The notes below the pieces were generated by a model that saw only the letters and a program-made list of their open reading frames with translations, was not told the origin of the DNA and searched no databases. Positions 21,545-31,930 of a DNA stretch of 64,000 nucleotides are shown piece by piece (position 1 is the stretch's first letter; every line of letters begins with the position of its first letter). The position numbers and the translations under genes are program-made. This stretch comes from Ostreococcus lucimarinus (taxonomy: Eukaryota), in NCBI GenBank assembly GCA_000092065.1, contig CP000586.1. One strand, written 5' to 3'.

Positions 21545-22357
21545 CTAAAGCGCCCGCACGCCGACGATGGACTCCACTTGTTGCAGCGCTTCCAGCGCGC
21601 GCGCGCGCGACGCCGGGTCTTGTATCCCTCCCAATTCCTTCCGCACCTCCCCGAGCTCGCCCTGCACGTACTCCACCTGCGCCCCGGATAGAATTTTGTC
21701 GAGCTTCTTTTCCGGCGCAAACTTGGCTAAAACCCCCTCGTCTCGCACCCCCGCGTACTTCATCGCCGTCGTCATGTCCACCAACCCCGTCTTCGCCCCC
21801 ACCGGTCGCCCGTTCTCGAACAGCATCAGCGTCGGAAACCCGGTGACGGCGTACGCGCTCGCGTAATCCGCGTACGCGTCCACGTTCATCCTCGCCACGC
21901 GCGTCTTCGACCCCGCTTCCTCGAGCTTTTCCGGCAATTCCTCCCAAATCGGTTCCAATCGCTTGCAGTACGGACACCACGGCGCGTAAAACTCCACGAA
22001 CACCGCCCCCTCGCGTCTCGTCACCTCGCGCTCGAAATTCTCCGGCGTCAGCTCCACCACCCCGTCGTCCCCGCTCGCCGCGCGCGCCGTCTCGAATCCG
22101 CGCGCGCGCGTCGCCGCCGCGCGCATCACCACCCCCCCCGCGATCGCGCGCGCGAGCCCTCGCCGCGTCCCGCCCCCGTCGCCGCCGCGCGCCGTCGCGT
22201 CGTCGTCGTCGTCGTCGTCGCGCGTCTTCCGCGCGTCGCGTCGCCCCGTCGTCGCGCCGTCGTCCCGCGCCGCGCGTCGCGCCGCGCGTCGACCGCGTCG
22301 CGACGCGCGCCGTCGCCCGACCGCGGGCGTCGCGAGACCTCGCGCGGGCGTCGCCAT
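21545..22357 (-). CDS. thioredoxin-domain protein (WCPYC active site) with C-terminal extension
   Basis: VFVEFYAPWCPYCKRLEPIWEELP...GFPTLMLFENG is a thioredoxin fold. N-terminal Arg-rich presequence. Confidence 0.7.
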   Translation of the reverse strand: MATPARGLATPAVGRRRASRRGRRAARRAARDDGATTGRRDARKTRDDDDDDDATARGGDGGGTRRGLARAIAGGVVMRAAATRARGFETARAASGDDGVVELTPENFEREVTRREGAVFVEFYAPWCPYCKRLEPIWEELPEKLEEAGSKTRVARMNVDAYADYASAYAVTGFPTLMLFENGRPVGAKTGLVDMTTAMKYAGVRDEGVLAKFAPEKKLDKILSGAQVEYVQGELGEVRKELGGIQDPASRARALEALQQVESIVGVRAL

Positions 22358-22428
22358 GTCGACGCGCGTCGCTTTGACGCCGCGCCGACGCGTCGCCCCG
22401 CGCGACGGACCGGGGTGTTTTACATCCC

Positions 22429-22470
22429 GTATTCATGTATGTGAATACGTGATCCAGTGACGTATATAAA
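22429..22470. promoter_or_regulatory. 7-bp-arm inverted repeat (gtattcaN6tgaatac) followed by tatataaa box in bidirectional spacer
   Basis: The spacer between the Trx gene (minus) and the 22651 gene (plus) is locally AT-rich. A second tatataatg box sits at about 22560. Its function is inferred only. Confidence 0.3.
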
Positions 22471-22650
22471 CCACGACGAGACCCATCGCGGGGACGATCG
22501 CGGGGACGCTCTACTATTATTATACGACCACGACGCTCTTATTGAAGTCACGGATCCGGTATATAATGAACCCCGAACGCCGTCGAGGGGACCCATCGAT
22601 CGCGTCGACGGCGCGCGACGGCGGACGACGACGCGCCGCGCTCGAGCGCC

Positions 22651-24165
22651 TTGATCCTTCGCGACGCGACGCGAACGCGCGACGATCGATCGATCGATCG
22701 AGCGCGACGCCTCGACGCGACGCGACGCGACGCGACGCGAATCGCGCACCGGGACATTCGCGCATTCGGCGGTTACGACGATTGCCGACACGCGGCGAAT
22801 CGAATCGCGCGCGCCGAGCGCGACGCGACGCGACGGGACGATCGCGGGGAATCGCGCGACGGCGAAACGATCGCCGACGTCGAACGGGCGCGCGCGCGAT
22901 CGATCGAGATGGAACGCGCGGTCGCGCGCGCGACGGGACGAGGCGCGACGACGACGACGCGCGACGACGGGACGCGACGACGGGACGCGACGCGAACGAC
23001 GCGAGCGACGCGAGCGATGCGAAGGGCGCGAGCGATGAGAGACGGTGGGGATCGTGGTGACGATGGCGGTGAGGCGACGCGCGCGATCGGGATCGAGTGT
23101 CGGACGAGCGCGGGGGACAGGCTGCGGGAGACGCTCGCGAGGGAGGGCGGGCGAGGGTTCGAGCGAGACGCGAGACGCGCGCTCAGGGAGCTCGTCGCGA
23201 TGGGGTACACCGCGGGGGAGGGCGCGGAGAGCGCGGAGTGCGATCGGGATTGCGTGATCGGACGCGCGGCGATGACGAGGATGGAGGTGGAGGATATCAT
23301 GTACCTGAGCGCGGCGCGGGAAGTCGTGCGAGCGGGCGGCGGCGGCGGCGAGGCGAGCGACGCGCGGGAGAGCGCGGCGGATGACGGGCGAGGGCGCTTG
23401 CGGTTGATGCATCGATGTCAACGGCTTCAGGAGCTCTTACCGAAAGGTTCGGATGAGTTCATGATCAATTTGGTGCTGCGCGTGATCGATAACGTGTCCA
23501 AGCATTCGCATAAAGTCGGGTTGACGCACGCGGTGAAGACGTCGACGTTGGCGGACGTCTACTCAAAGTGCGCGTCTTTCGGTTACTTTTTACAGGCGAG
23601 CGAGCGAAGGTTAGAGCTCGAGCACTTCGTATCGACGAACGTCGACTTCGTGCACTTGGAAAAGCTGGCGTATCCCAAAAAGTTGGCGCGGTACGGCGTG
23701 TTGCGCAGCGGCTTGAAGGCGCTCGAGGGTTCGACGCCGAGCGCCGTCGCGTCGCGCGTCGCCGGGTACGAGGTGCCGGTTCCCTTGCGAGTTCCGGGGG
23801 GAATTCAGATTCAAAACGATATGGTTTCGCTGAAAGAGTACATCGACGAGATGGGTCCGTCCGCGCGCGCGCACGCGGCGCGCATCGCCTCTGTAGAGGC
23901 GACGGAGGTGTTGCAACTGCACGTCGCCTCGCTCTTCGCCGGCGATCGAGGACGAGTGCTGACGAGTCTGGGGCAGTTTCGGCGCAAACCGCATCGAAAC
24001 GGAGGAAACGATACCGCAGACGAGCAACGCGTGTCGGTGCACGTGAATCAGCTCAAACACATCGTTCTCGAGGCGTGCGCGTTCGGCGCGACTCTAGCGA
24101 AGATTGAAGCTTCCATCGACTGCGAGTCGATCGAGTCGTCGAAGCCGCTTTTAACTCGCTTGTAA
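22651..24165 (+). CDS. hypothetical protein, Arg/Asp-rich low-complexity N-terminus, possible UBA-like helix, conserved C-terminal domain
   Basis: Long ORF with a codon-like C-terminal half (MHRCQRLQELLPKGSDEFMINLVLRVIDNV...). No family recognised. RRALRELVAMGYTAGEGAE resembles a UBA/CUE helix. Confidence 0.4.
   Translation: MILRDATRTRDDRSIDRARRLDATRRDATRIAHRDIRAFGGYDDCRHAANRIARAERDATRRDDRGESRDGETIADVERARARSIEMERAVARATGRGATTTTRDDGTRRRDATRTTRATRAMRRARAMRDGGDRGDDGGEATRAIGIECRTSAGDRLRETLAREGGRGFERDARRALRELVAMGYTAGEGAESAECDRDCVIGRAAMTRMEVEDIMYLSAAREVVRAGGGGGEASDARESAADDGRGRLRLMHRCQRLQELLPKGSDEFMINLVLRVIDNVSKHSHKVGLTHAVKTSTLADVYSKCASFGYFLQASERRLELEHFVSTNVDFVHLEKLAYPKKLARYGVLRSGLKALEGSTPSAVASRVAGYEVPVPLRVPGGIQIQNDMVSLKEYIDEMGPSARAHAARIASVEATEVLQLHVASLFAGDRGRVLTSLGQFRRKPHRNGGNDTADEQRVSVHVNQLKHIVLEACAFGATLAKIEASIDCESIESSKPLLTRL
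22684..22742. repeat. (GATC)4 followed by (GACGC)6 microsatellites
   Basis: gatcgatcgatcgatcg...cgacgcgacgcgacgcgacgcgacgcga, at the 5' end of the 22651 CDS. Confidence 0.8.
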
Positions 24166-24243
24166 TCAATGTTTTTGAATACCTTAGAAGGAAAACGAGG
24201 TTGATACAACTTCCTACCGTGCTAATTCGTTATCGCTAGGTCG

Positions 24244-25137
24244 TTATCGACGACCGATTCCGCTCTTCGCCGGCCGCGGCTTGACTTCTGTTTCGTTCAC
24301 GGCGTGCAAGTAAATGTTATTCGGCGTGTTTGACAGCGGGTTGTCACCGCCCTTGCTCCAATCGTACGACACCGCGTACGCGTAAATCGTCCCATCGCGA
24401 TTGAAGTTCCCGCACGAGATGGGTGCCGAACACTTGGTCATGTTCTTTAGGCGTTGCTTACTATCCTTGTCCCAAAAGTTGAAGTTGCCGTCGGCGCCCG
24501 CGGTGACGAACGTTCCAAACGTCGGGTGGAACGAGATGGAGTTGACGGCGTAAATGTCTTGCGTGCCTTCTCTGTGACATTTGAAAGTAAAGTTCTTGCT
24601 TTGCAAATTGTCTTCCACGTGCTGAACCGCGACGCGTCCTTCGATGGAGCCGACCAAGTAGCCCGAGCGATCGGGAAACGTGGCGACGCATCGCGTCTGA
24701 TACTTGAGCGGCGATAACAACTGCTTGTACGGCACTTGCGGGTTGCTCAAGTTGAAAATCTGAATCTGTCTCTCGGCACATCCCACGACGAGCAAAGGGT
24801 GCGTGACATCTAACGCGTAACACCGTTCGGGGAGCTGAACCTGGAGCGCGGGATTCGGCTGACGCGTGTCCCAATACTTCAACGTTCGATCCCAAGATCC
24901 GGTGACTAACAACCCCACCTGTTCGATCCACGCCATGTGTCTGATCGCCCCATCGTGCTGCGCGATCTGCGTCGCCTGCCCGCTCGCCAAGTCCCATTTC
25001 TTCGCGATGTTATCGCACCCGCCCGTGAACACGCTCGCGCCGTCGCTCGACCACGAGCTACACAGCACCGGCGCCTCGTGCTTCGTCGACGCCTTCGGCA
25101 TCGCCTGCCCATTGTTCGCCACCTCATAGCAATACAC
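24244..25137 (-). CDS. RAE1: mRNA export factor RAE1/GLE2 (WD40), exon 2
   Basis: FKCHREGTQDIYAVNSISFHPTFGTFVTAGADGNFNFWDKDSKQRLK is the RAE1 hallmark. The exon begins VYCYEVANNGQ after a tAG acceptor. Confidence 0.85.
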   Translation of the reverse strand: MYCYEVANNGQAMPKASTKHEAPVLCSSWSSDGASVFTGGCDNIAKKWDLASGQATQIAQHDGAIRHMAWIEQVGLLVTGSWDRTLKYWDTRQPNPALQVQLPERCYALDVTHPLLVVGCAERQIQIFNLSNPQVPYKQLLSPLKYQTRCVATFPDRSGYLVGSIEGRVAVQHVEDNLQSKNFTFKCHREGTQDIYAVNSISFHPTFGTFVTAGADGNFNFWDKDSKQRLKNMTKCSAPISCGNFNRDGTIYAYAVSYDWSKGGDNPLSNTPNNIYLHAVNETEVKPRPAKSGIGRR

Positions 25138-25247
25138 CTACATCGCGTCTCGACGCACCGCGTCGTCTCGTCAGTCCCCGTCGTTCGCTCGTTCGCTCGT
25201 TCGCTCGTTCGCGTTCGCGTTCGCGTTCGCCTCGCGCGTTCACGCAC
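25138..25247 (-). other. RAE1: RAE1 intron (about 110 bp) containing a (GCGAAC)n hexanucleotide repeat
   Basis: GTGCGT donor, gcgaacgcgaacgcgaacgagcgaacgagcgaac repeats, and CTGAC 30 nt before the tAG acceptor. Confidence 0.75.
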
Positions 25248-25391
25248 GTCTCCGTCCCACGCCGTCGCCACCAAAAAATTCCCCGTCGGCGACCACGACA
25301 GCGAGCTTATCCCATCGTTCGGCGGATTCGCCACCAGAAAGTCCCCGTTCGGGTTCGCCGGCGCCTGCGTCGCCGCCTGTCCCCACGACAT
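25248..25391 (-). CDS. RAE1: RAE1 exon 1
   Basis: MSWGQAATQAPANPNGDFLVANPPNDGISSLSWSPTGNFLVATAWDGD matches the RAE1 N-terminus (NPNKDFEV..PPDDSIS.LSFSP). It ends at a GTGCGT donor. Confidence 0.8.
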
Positions 25392-25612
25392 CGCCTCGCC
25401 TCAACGATCCCTTCCGTCGTCCTTCGTCCGTCGTCCGTCGTCCTTCGTCCGTCGTCGGTCGGTCCGTTCGCTCGCGCGTCGTCGCGTCGATCGGTCCGCG
25501 TCTTCGCGCGTCGCGCTCGCGTCGCCGCGCCGTTTTTTCGCGCGCCGTTTTTTCGCGCGCGACGAATCGCGCGCGACGAATCGCGACGCGCGTCGGCGCC
25601 AACTTTTTATCG

Positions 25613-27043
25613 ATGCACGAGCGCGTACTCGATCGTCTTCGAACGCCATCCCCGAGTGCGATGCGCGACGCGCGCGCGTCGTACGAAACCCCGTCCCGGG
25701 CGCGACACGTGACCGCGCGGACGCCGGGCGACGCCGATCGCTCGCGCGCGCGCGCGTCGCACACCGGGACGCGACGCGGCCGACGCGCGAAGACTGCGCG
25801 CGATCCGAGCGCGATGCGCGCGTTCAACGCGCCCGCGGCGACGGCGACGCGCGGTGCGGTGACGACGGCGACGCGACGACGACGCGCGACGACGATGGAG
25901 GGACCGAGCGCGACGATCGCGGCGACGACGATGCGCGCGAGGCGATGGGAACGCGCGCGAGGGTGCGGGAACGGGCGCGCGGGACGCGCGGTCGTCGCGC
26001 GGGCGACGGCGAGGCGCGCGGCGGTGGATCTGCGGAAGGTGATCGAGGATTTGTGCGAGGGGGCGGATTTATCCGAGGAGGACGCGCACGCGGCGATGGA
26101 GGCGCTGCTGGACGCGGATCCGACGCAGATCGCGGCGTTTTTGGTGCTGCTCCGGGCGAAGGGGGAGACGGCGAGCGAGATGGCGGGGTTGGCGCGAGCG
26201 ATGCAGTCGAGAGCGGTGACGGTGGACGCGGGGGACGACGTGCTGGACATCGTCGGCACGGGGGGGGACGACGCGGGCACGGTGAATATTTCCACTGGAT
26301 CGTGCGTGTTGGCCGCCGCGGCGGGAGCGAAGGTGGCGAAACACGGTTCGCGATCGGTGTCTTCGCTGTGCGGGTCGGGCGACGTGCTGGAGGCGCTCGG
26401 CGTGGACATCGAGCTGGGACCGGAGAGCATGAAGCGCTGCGTCGAGGAAGTCGGCGTCGGATTTATGTTCGCGCCGAGATATCATCCGGCGATGGCGAAG
26501 GTCTCGCCCGTGCGCAAGGCGCTCAAGGTGCGAACGGCGTTTAACATGTTGGGCCCGATGTTGAACCCGGCGCACAGCAAGTACGCGCTCGTCGGCGTGT
26601 ACAGCACGGGGGTGCAGCAACTCATGGCGGACTCGTTGATGAAGCTTGGGATGAAGAAGGCGTTGATCGTGCACTCCATGGGATTGGACGAACTCACGCC
26701 GGCGGGACCCGCGGACGTCGTCGAGGTGACGCCGAGCGGCACGCGCGCGTACACGTTCGAGCCGAAGGATGTCGACATTAAGCCGTGCACGCTCGAGGAT
26801 TTGCGCGGCGGCGACCCGACGACAAACGCGAGAATTTTGCGAGCCGCGTTGGAGGGTGAGAAGGGCCCGGTCGCCGAGACCCTGATTTTGAATGCCGGCG
26901 TCGCTATGGCGGCCGCGCAGCAAGCGAAGGACGTCGTGGAAGGCATCGCCATGGCGAGAGAGGCGCACGAGAGCGGCAAGGCGGGCAAAACGCTCGACTC
27001 CTGGATCAAGCTCACCCAAGAATTGAGAAAGACCGAGGCGTAG
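25613..27043 (+). CDS. trpD: anthranilate phosphoribosyltransferase (TrpD) with plastid-type presequence
   Basis: LDIVGTGGDDAGTVNISTGSCVLAAAAGAKVAKHGSRSVSSLCGSGDVLEALG...RTAFNMLGPMLNPA is the canonical TrpD family. Confidence 0.85.
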   Translation: MHERVLDRLRTPSPSAMRDARASYETPSRARHVTARTPGDADRSRARASHTGTRRGRRAKTARDPSAMRAFNAPAATATRGAVTTATRRRRATTMEGPSATIAATTMRARRWERARGCGNGRAGRAVVARATARRAAVDLRKVIEDLCEGADLSEEDAHAAMEALLDADPTQIAAFLVLLRAKGETASEMAGLARAMQSRAVTVDAGDDVLDIVGTGGDDAGTVNISTGSCVLAAAAGAKVAKHGSRSVSSLCGSGDVLEALGVDIELGPESMKRCVEEVGVGFMFAPRYHPAMAKVSPVRKALKVRTAFNMLGPMLNPAHSKYALVGVYSTGVQQLMADSLMKLGMKKALIVHSMGLDELTPAGPADVVEVTPSGTRAYTFEPKDVDIKPCTLEDLRGGDPTTNARILRAALEGEKGPVAETLILNAGVAMAAAQQAKDVVEGIAMAREAHESGKAGKTLDSWIKLTQELRKTEA

Positions 27044-27109
27044 ATTTTTAATGCAGTTATTTTCGTTTCGCTATTCAATCAATGAGTGTTTCGTTACTAA
27101 ATGATCCGT

Positions 27110-28252
27110 CTACTTCTCGGCTTCCTGCTTCTTTGAAACCGCTCCCATCTGCGAAGGATCCATCGACGGGTACTTGGTCGCGTGCCCCACCGCGGCCGGC
27201 GCAGGCATGGGGATCGCCACATGCGCCGGCATATCTGGCGGTAAAGCCTGCCCATTCGCTGGAGCTTCCACACCTGGAGCCATCATCATCACGGTTGGTG
27301 GCGGTGCCGGCGCAGACCCTTGGTTGCCGCTCGCTTTTTTCGCCGCCGACTTGCCCCACTGGAGTCGGCATCGCTCTCCGTTGATTTCGAGATTTATCGC
27401 CGCATCTTCCGCCGCCTTCTCCGCACCTTCGCGCGTGGCGAAAGTGATGAACGCACATTTCTTCGTCCCAATCACGCGAATGCCCTTGATTTCGCCGTAC
27501 TGATAGAAGCGCGAGTTGATGTCGTCCTCGGTGACCTTTTCCGGGTCGACGCCGCCTACAAACAACGTGGTGATGCTCGCATCTTCGGGTGGCGTCAACT
27601 TTTGGCTCGGTCGCTCTTTCGCGCGTTTGAGCATTTGTTCCGCCACCGGATCGTTCGTCCCGAAGTATCTATCCTTAATATTTTGCTTTCTCAACTCTGG
27701 CGCCGCGCTCAGTTCCGGCATGTGCGTATCCCCGTTGCAAGGTCGATACGGACAATCGTTCCTCGTGCACGCGTTTCTCAACCAAAACGTGCATATCGGC
27801 GTTTTATTCTTGTTATAATACGGCTTCTTCCTCGCCAACCGCATCAACAGTTCGTTATTTTTCTCCTTCCCATCCTTCTCGTACGCGTCCTCGCCCTCGT
27901 CCAGCTTTTTCGCGATCTCATTCACCGCGAAATCCCGGTTCACCGAGCTCGACGGCAGCGCGCTCCCTCCCGCGCGTCCCAGCGCGGCGTCCCGCGCGGC
28001 GACGGGTATCCCGTAATCTAAATCCAGCAGGCACACCTGGCACACGTTCTTCGCCTGCGCGATCTCTTTGCACACCACCGTCTTCTTGTACCTCGCCTCG
28101 TTCCCGGGTCGCCAGCGAAACACGGTGAAGGGGCGACCGCTGATCGCGCACTCGCCGCCGAGCGGCATCTTTTGCACGCGCACGTACGGGTTGGGGCCGA
28201 GGCAGTCCTCGCACACCACCGGGAATTCCCTGGCCTCGGATTCGTCCGACAT
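27110..28252 (-). CDS. RBM22: pre-mRNA splicing factor RBM22/Slt11 (zinc finger + RRM)
   Basis: MSDESEAREFPVVCEDCLGPNPYVRVQKMPLGGECAISGRPFTVFRWRPG...VCQVCLLDLDYGIPV matches the RBM22 N-terminus almost residue for residue. A C3H zinc finger and an RRM (LFVGGVD...KCAFITF) follow. Confidence 0.85.
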   Translation of the reverse strand: MSDESEAREFPVVCEDCLGPNPYVRVQKMPLGGECAISGRPFTVFRWRPGNEARYKKTVVCKEIAQAKNVCQVCLLDLDYGIPVAARDAALGRAGGSALPSSSVNRDFAVNEIAKKLDEGEDAYEKDGKEKNNELLMRLARKKPYYNKNKTPICTFWLRNACTRNDCPYRPCNGDTHMPELSAAPELRKQNIKDRYFGTNDPVAEQMLKRAKERPSQKLTPPEDASITTLFVGGVDPEKVTEDDINSRFYQYGEIKGIRVIGTKKCAFITFATREGAEKAAEDAAINLEINGERCRLQWGKSAAKKASGNQGSAPAPPPTVMMMAPGVEAPANGQALPPDMPAHVAIPMPAPAAVGHATKYPSMDPSQMGAVSKKQEAEK

Positions 28253-28458
28253 GACGCCTCGAACGCGTCGCGGTGTGACGGCGGCGGTTCGACGCGGGCG
28301 TCCCGCGCGCGCGATGCGCGGCCGCAGCGACGCACACACGGACGCGCGCGCGCGGCTCGCGCGGCGGGACGCGCGCGAGCGCGCGAGGCGTCGTCAAGGG
28401 GGGCGATCTCGGCGCGCGGCGCGCGCGGCGACGAGAAAACGCTTCGGGACGGCGCGCG

Positions 28459-31350
28459 ATGGCGCGTTCGAACGATGCGGATGCGTCGGCGATGGCGTCG
28501 TTGGCGTCGGCGAGGCGGTACGCCTATCTCAGTTCGATCGTGCACGCGGAAGAAGACGATGAGGATGACGTCAGGACGCGCGCGATGGGGACGCTGAGCG
28601 CGATGGTGGCGAGCGTGGGGTTGGATGCGAGCGTGGCGCGCGCGTTGGAGAGCGTCGTGAGCGGGACGCCGAGCGCGAGCGCGCGGGCGCCGGGGACGTC
28701 GGCGAGTCTGCTGCCAGAGGTTTCGATGAAAGACTTTGAGGGGTATCTACGACGAACGCGGGAGCGCTACGCGGAGTTCGTGGAGCAGCGAGCGTACGCG
28801 GCGGCGGCGCGAGCGACGCCGGAGGAGCGGAGCGAGGCGCGGTTGCGGCGGTACGAATTAGAAGAGGGCGTGAGTGAATTAAGCAGCGTGCCGGACTTGT
28901 TCTTCGACGAGACGTTTGATTTGAGTCGACCGGAGACGTTTGCACGGGCGTGTGCGGGATTAGAGGATCAGAGCTTGCGGAATCTAGCGCGCGCTTCCAT
29001 GGATGCGCAGGAACATTTAAGCGCACACTTGGATACGATCGAGCAGCATTTGATTCGAGAGATCATCGCGAAGAGCGATGAGTTCTTTGATGCGCTCAAG
29101 GAACTGCGCGATCTTCACGACTCGATGACGGAGACCCAAATCACGGTTGGTTCGATGCGTCAAACCGTCAGGAACATTGGCGAACACTTGGTCAAGCCGG
29201 GGCAGCTCATGATAGACTTGAACGACAAGCGGGACAAAATGCAAGGATTGACTGAAAAATTTGCATCCATCGCCGCGCTTCAACAAATGCGTTTGGATAT
29301 GGACGTTTTCGTTGAGAGTACGGATTATCCAGGCGCGCTGCAAATCGCAGAGGATATTAGGAAAACTTTGGCGGATGACAGAGTGCTCGCCGAGTTGTCG
29401 TGTTTCAGAAAGCTTCCAGAGCACATCGAACGGACGGTCAGTAAAGTGCGAAACGTCATGATTAGTGATTTCGTAGCGGGTGCAAGCCTACCGAGGGACG
29501 CCAAGGCTGTCGTCTCCCCGAAAACACTCGAACATCTGTCAAAGGTTGCCGCGGCGAACGGATTGAAACCGCCGGCTGCGAATTTCAACGAAGCGCCCCA
29601 GTTTGGCGATAAGAGAGGAAACGTGCTCGACACTACGATTCCACCTTTTATCGCACTGTTATTTTCCGGAAGTTCCTTTGTTTGCGATGCACTCGAGGCG
29701 TGGTCGTCTGCTATGTCGGAAGACGTGCGCCAAATCGAGCACGTCGCCGTAGACGTGATGCTCAGTCGAGTCACGGGGGAGCGAGTCAAGAGCTCGACGA
29801 CGTGCATGGAAGAAGGCGTGTTTGACTCCGCGTACGCGAATGCTATTCGAAAGTTACCCGGTGAGGTCTTTGTGGAGATGCTCGTGGCGTTGACAGAGAC
29901 GTTCAACGCGTACTTTGAACGGGCCAACCAAATCAAACTCGTAATTCGTGGCGTCATCGGTAACGATGAAGAGGCTTTAACGCAGCTTCGTTCGATCGAT
30001 GAAAATTTAATATTGGCCGCGCACGAAGCCGCGACAAACTTTGATTACGTGTGCTCGCAGACCGCTTTGGCGACGTCTAATGAGGCTTTGAATAAAGTCA
30101 TAGACATCGCACAAGGACGATTTGCGAAAATTCTTGGCATTCGAGCTCCCATGAACATCAACTTGAGCGCTCGAGAGTTCATGCGAATCATGGATGCGAC
30201 GAACGGATTCTTAGACTTGGCCGAATCGCTTGGCAAGCATCGCTGTCTCAGCCTTCGTTCAACGGTTGCAAATCAAAGCAAAGCGTTCATCCGCGAGCAA
30301 CACGCCACGGCTTCAACAAAGCTCGTATCTTTGCTAGAATGTGAGACGTGGGCGCTCGCAAAGTTACCAAAACACTTTCAAGCACTCGTAGACGCATTAG
30401 CAGATGGTACGAGTAAGCTTCCAGATGTCATGAGCGAAGATGTAGGCGATGCATCGTTCGTCGTCGTGGCGGATGAAAAATTTCACCCAGTGAATAGCGC
30501 CGTGCTACTTCTGCAAATGTTGACCGACTACGTGCGCCTTGCGCGCCAGATTCCGTCTCTCTCCACGGAAGTGACGCATCGAACGATAGATCTCGTGAAG
30601 CAGTACAATACGGCCGTGTGTCAACTCATTCTGGGTGCGGGCGCGATGCAAGTGTCCAAGCTGAAATCCATCACTGCGAAACATTTATGTTTGGCGCAGC
30701 AGAGCGTTTCGCTCTTCGCATCTCTTCTTCCAACCTTGCAAGAAGCCATGTGCGCTCTAATCGAAGGCCCAAAACACGTCCTTCTTCGTCAAGAGTTCGA
30801 GCGGATGCTGCGAGATTTGAAGCTGCACAAGAGTGAAATTCACGACAAGCTCGTGAGCATCATGCGCGATCGAGTGGAGTTCCATTTGCACCGCTTGGCC
30901 TCAATCGTCGAGTCTCTGCGCGACGAAGGCAACGTAAAGCAAGTCGATGGAGCAAGCGATTTCGCGATTTCGTTAACGAAAGAGATGGGAACTTTGCGAC
31001 GCGTCATATGTGAATTATTATCTGAAGACGACAGACGAGACGTTCTTGGCCGCGTACGCGACGAAGCCGTCGCGTCGATCGTTTCGCGAGTTCAGTCTTT
31101 GGAATCGGGAGACAATTTGCGAATTATCGCGCAGCTGAGTGTTGACTTAGACGTTTGCGCCGATTCCATGAAGGAGATGCCGGTATCAGGCGCCGATGCG
31201 TCTGAAGACGCGCTTGCGTCGCTCGCGAGCGCATTTCGATTAAAAGTACCCCCGCCCGTCGTGAATGAACCGGCAGACGACGTCTCCGCGCGAGAAAAAG
31301 AACAAGTAGGGCAAAACAAAGCAGCGGACGATAAACCTAGCACCGATTAG
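28459..31350 (+). CDS. Vps54/syndetin-family GARP/EARP tethering complex subunit
   Basis: C-terminal motif LILGAGAMQVSKLKSITAKHLCLAQQSVSLFASLLP matches the conserved Vps54 C-terminal domain (GAGAMQVSGLKSITAKHLAL). N-terminal coiled-coil region. Confidence 0.65.
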   Translation: MARSNDADASAMASLASARRYAYLSSIVHAEEDDEDDVRTRAMGTLSAMVASVGLDASVARALESVVSGTPSASARAPGTSASLLPEVSMKDFEGYLRRTRERYAEFVEQRAYAAAARATPEERSEARLRRYELEEGVSELSSVPDLFFDETFDLSRPETFARACAGLEDQSLRNLARASMDAQEHLSAHLDTIEQHLIREIIAKSDEFFDALKELRDLHDSMTETQITVGSMRQTVRNIGEHLVKPGQLMIDLNDKRDKMQGLTEKFASIAALQQMRLDMDVFVESTDYPGALQIAEDIRKTLADDRVLAELSCFRKLPEHIERTVSKVRNVMISDFVAGASLPRDAKAVVSPKTLEHLSKVAAANGLKPPAANFNEAPQFGDKRGNVLDTTIPPFIALLFSGSSFVCDALEAWSSAMSEDVRQIEHVAVDVMLSRVTGERVKSSTTCMEEGVFDSAYANAIRKLPGEVFVEMLVALTETFNAYFERANQIKLVIRGVIGNDEEALTQLRSIDENLILAAHEAATNFDYVCSQTALATSNEALNKVIDIAQGRFAKILGIRAPMNINLSAREFMRIMDATNGFLDLAESLGKHRCLSLRSTVANQSKAFIREQHATASTKLVSLLECETWALAKLPKHFQALVDALADGTSKLPDVMSEDVGDASFVVVADEKFHPVNSAVLLLQMLTDYVRLARQIPSLSTEVTHRTIDLVKQYNTAVCQLILGAGAMQVSKLKSITAKHLCLAQQSVSLFASLLPTLQEAMCALIEGPKHVLLRQEFERMLRDLKLHKSEIHDKLVSIMRDRVEFHLHRLASIVESLRDEGNVKQVDGASDFAISLTKEMGTLRRVICELLSEDDRRDVLGRVRDEAVASIVSRVQSLESGDNLRIIAQLSVDLDVCADSMKEMPVSGADASEDALASLASAFRLKVPPPVVNEPADDVSAREKEQVGQNKAADDKPSTD

Positions 31351-31930
31351 ATCGTCCTCACGTGTATAACAATTGTAAAGCTAAGCATCCTCACGCGCGC
31401 TTCAGTCGCCCAGCGCGTCCAATTTCGCTTGAATATCCGCCCTTCGTCGCCTCGCCTGCCTCCCCCATCCCGACGCCATCGATAATTCATACCTCAGCGT
31501 CTCTCGATCCCTCTCCCGCTCTCTCTGAGCCTTCCCATCCCGCACCATTCCGAGCGCGCTCGCCAACCCGCTCGCGACGCCCGCCACCGCCCCCGCGCCG
31601 AGCGCGAACACCAGCCCCCCGCCCGCCGCCGCCGCCACCAGCCCGCTCACCGCTCGAAACACCGACAATTCTTCCATCTGTTCCGCCTCGCGCGCCATCT
31701 CCTCCGCCGTCGCGCGCGTCTTTCGCGTCTTGTCCCCGTCGAACGCGCTCAATTGCATCGACCGCGCGGGCGCGCCGCGCGTCGTTCGCGCGCGCTCGCG
31801 CGCCGCGCGCGCCGCGCGTCGGAGCATCGTCGCCGCGCCGTCGCCGCGCCGCGCCGTCGTCGCGTCGCGCGCGCCGGTCTGACGCCGCGCCGTCGCATCG
31901 ATTCGACGCGTCAATTCGCGTCGCGCCCCG

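Noticed and set aside
17266-31376. TGTAA motifs downstream of several stops (S2P at about 17266, Vps54-like at about 31372, ATG1 3' region at about 13180 on minus) as chlorophyte-type poly(A) signals.
   Set aside because: Plausible from Chlamydomonas knowledge, but the motif is short, absent after many other genes here, and its use in Mamiellophyceae is not something I can assert.
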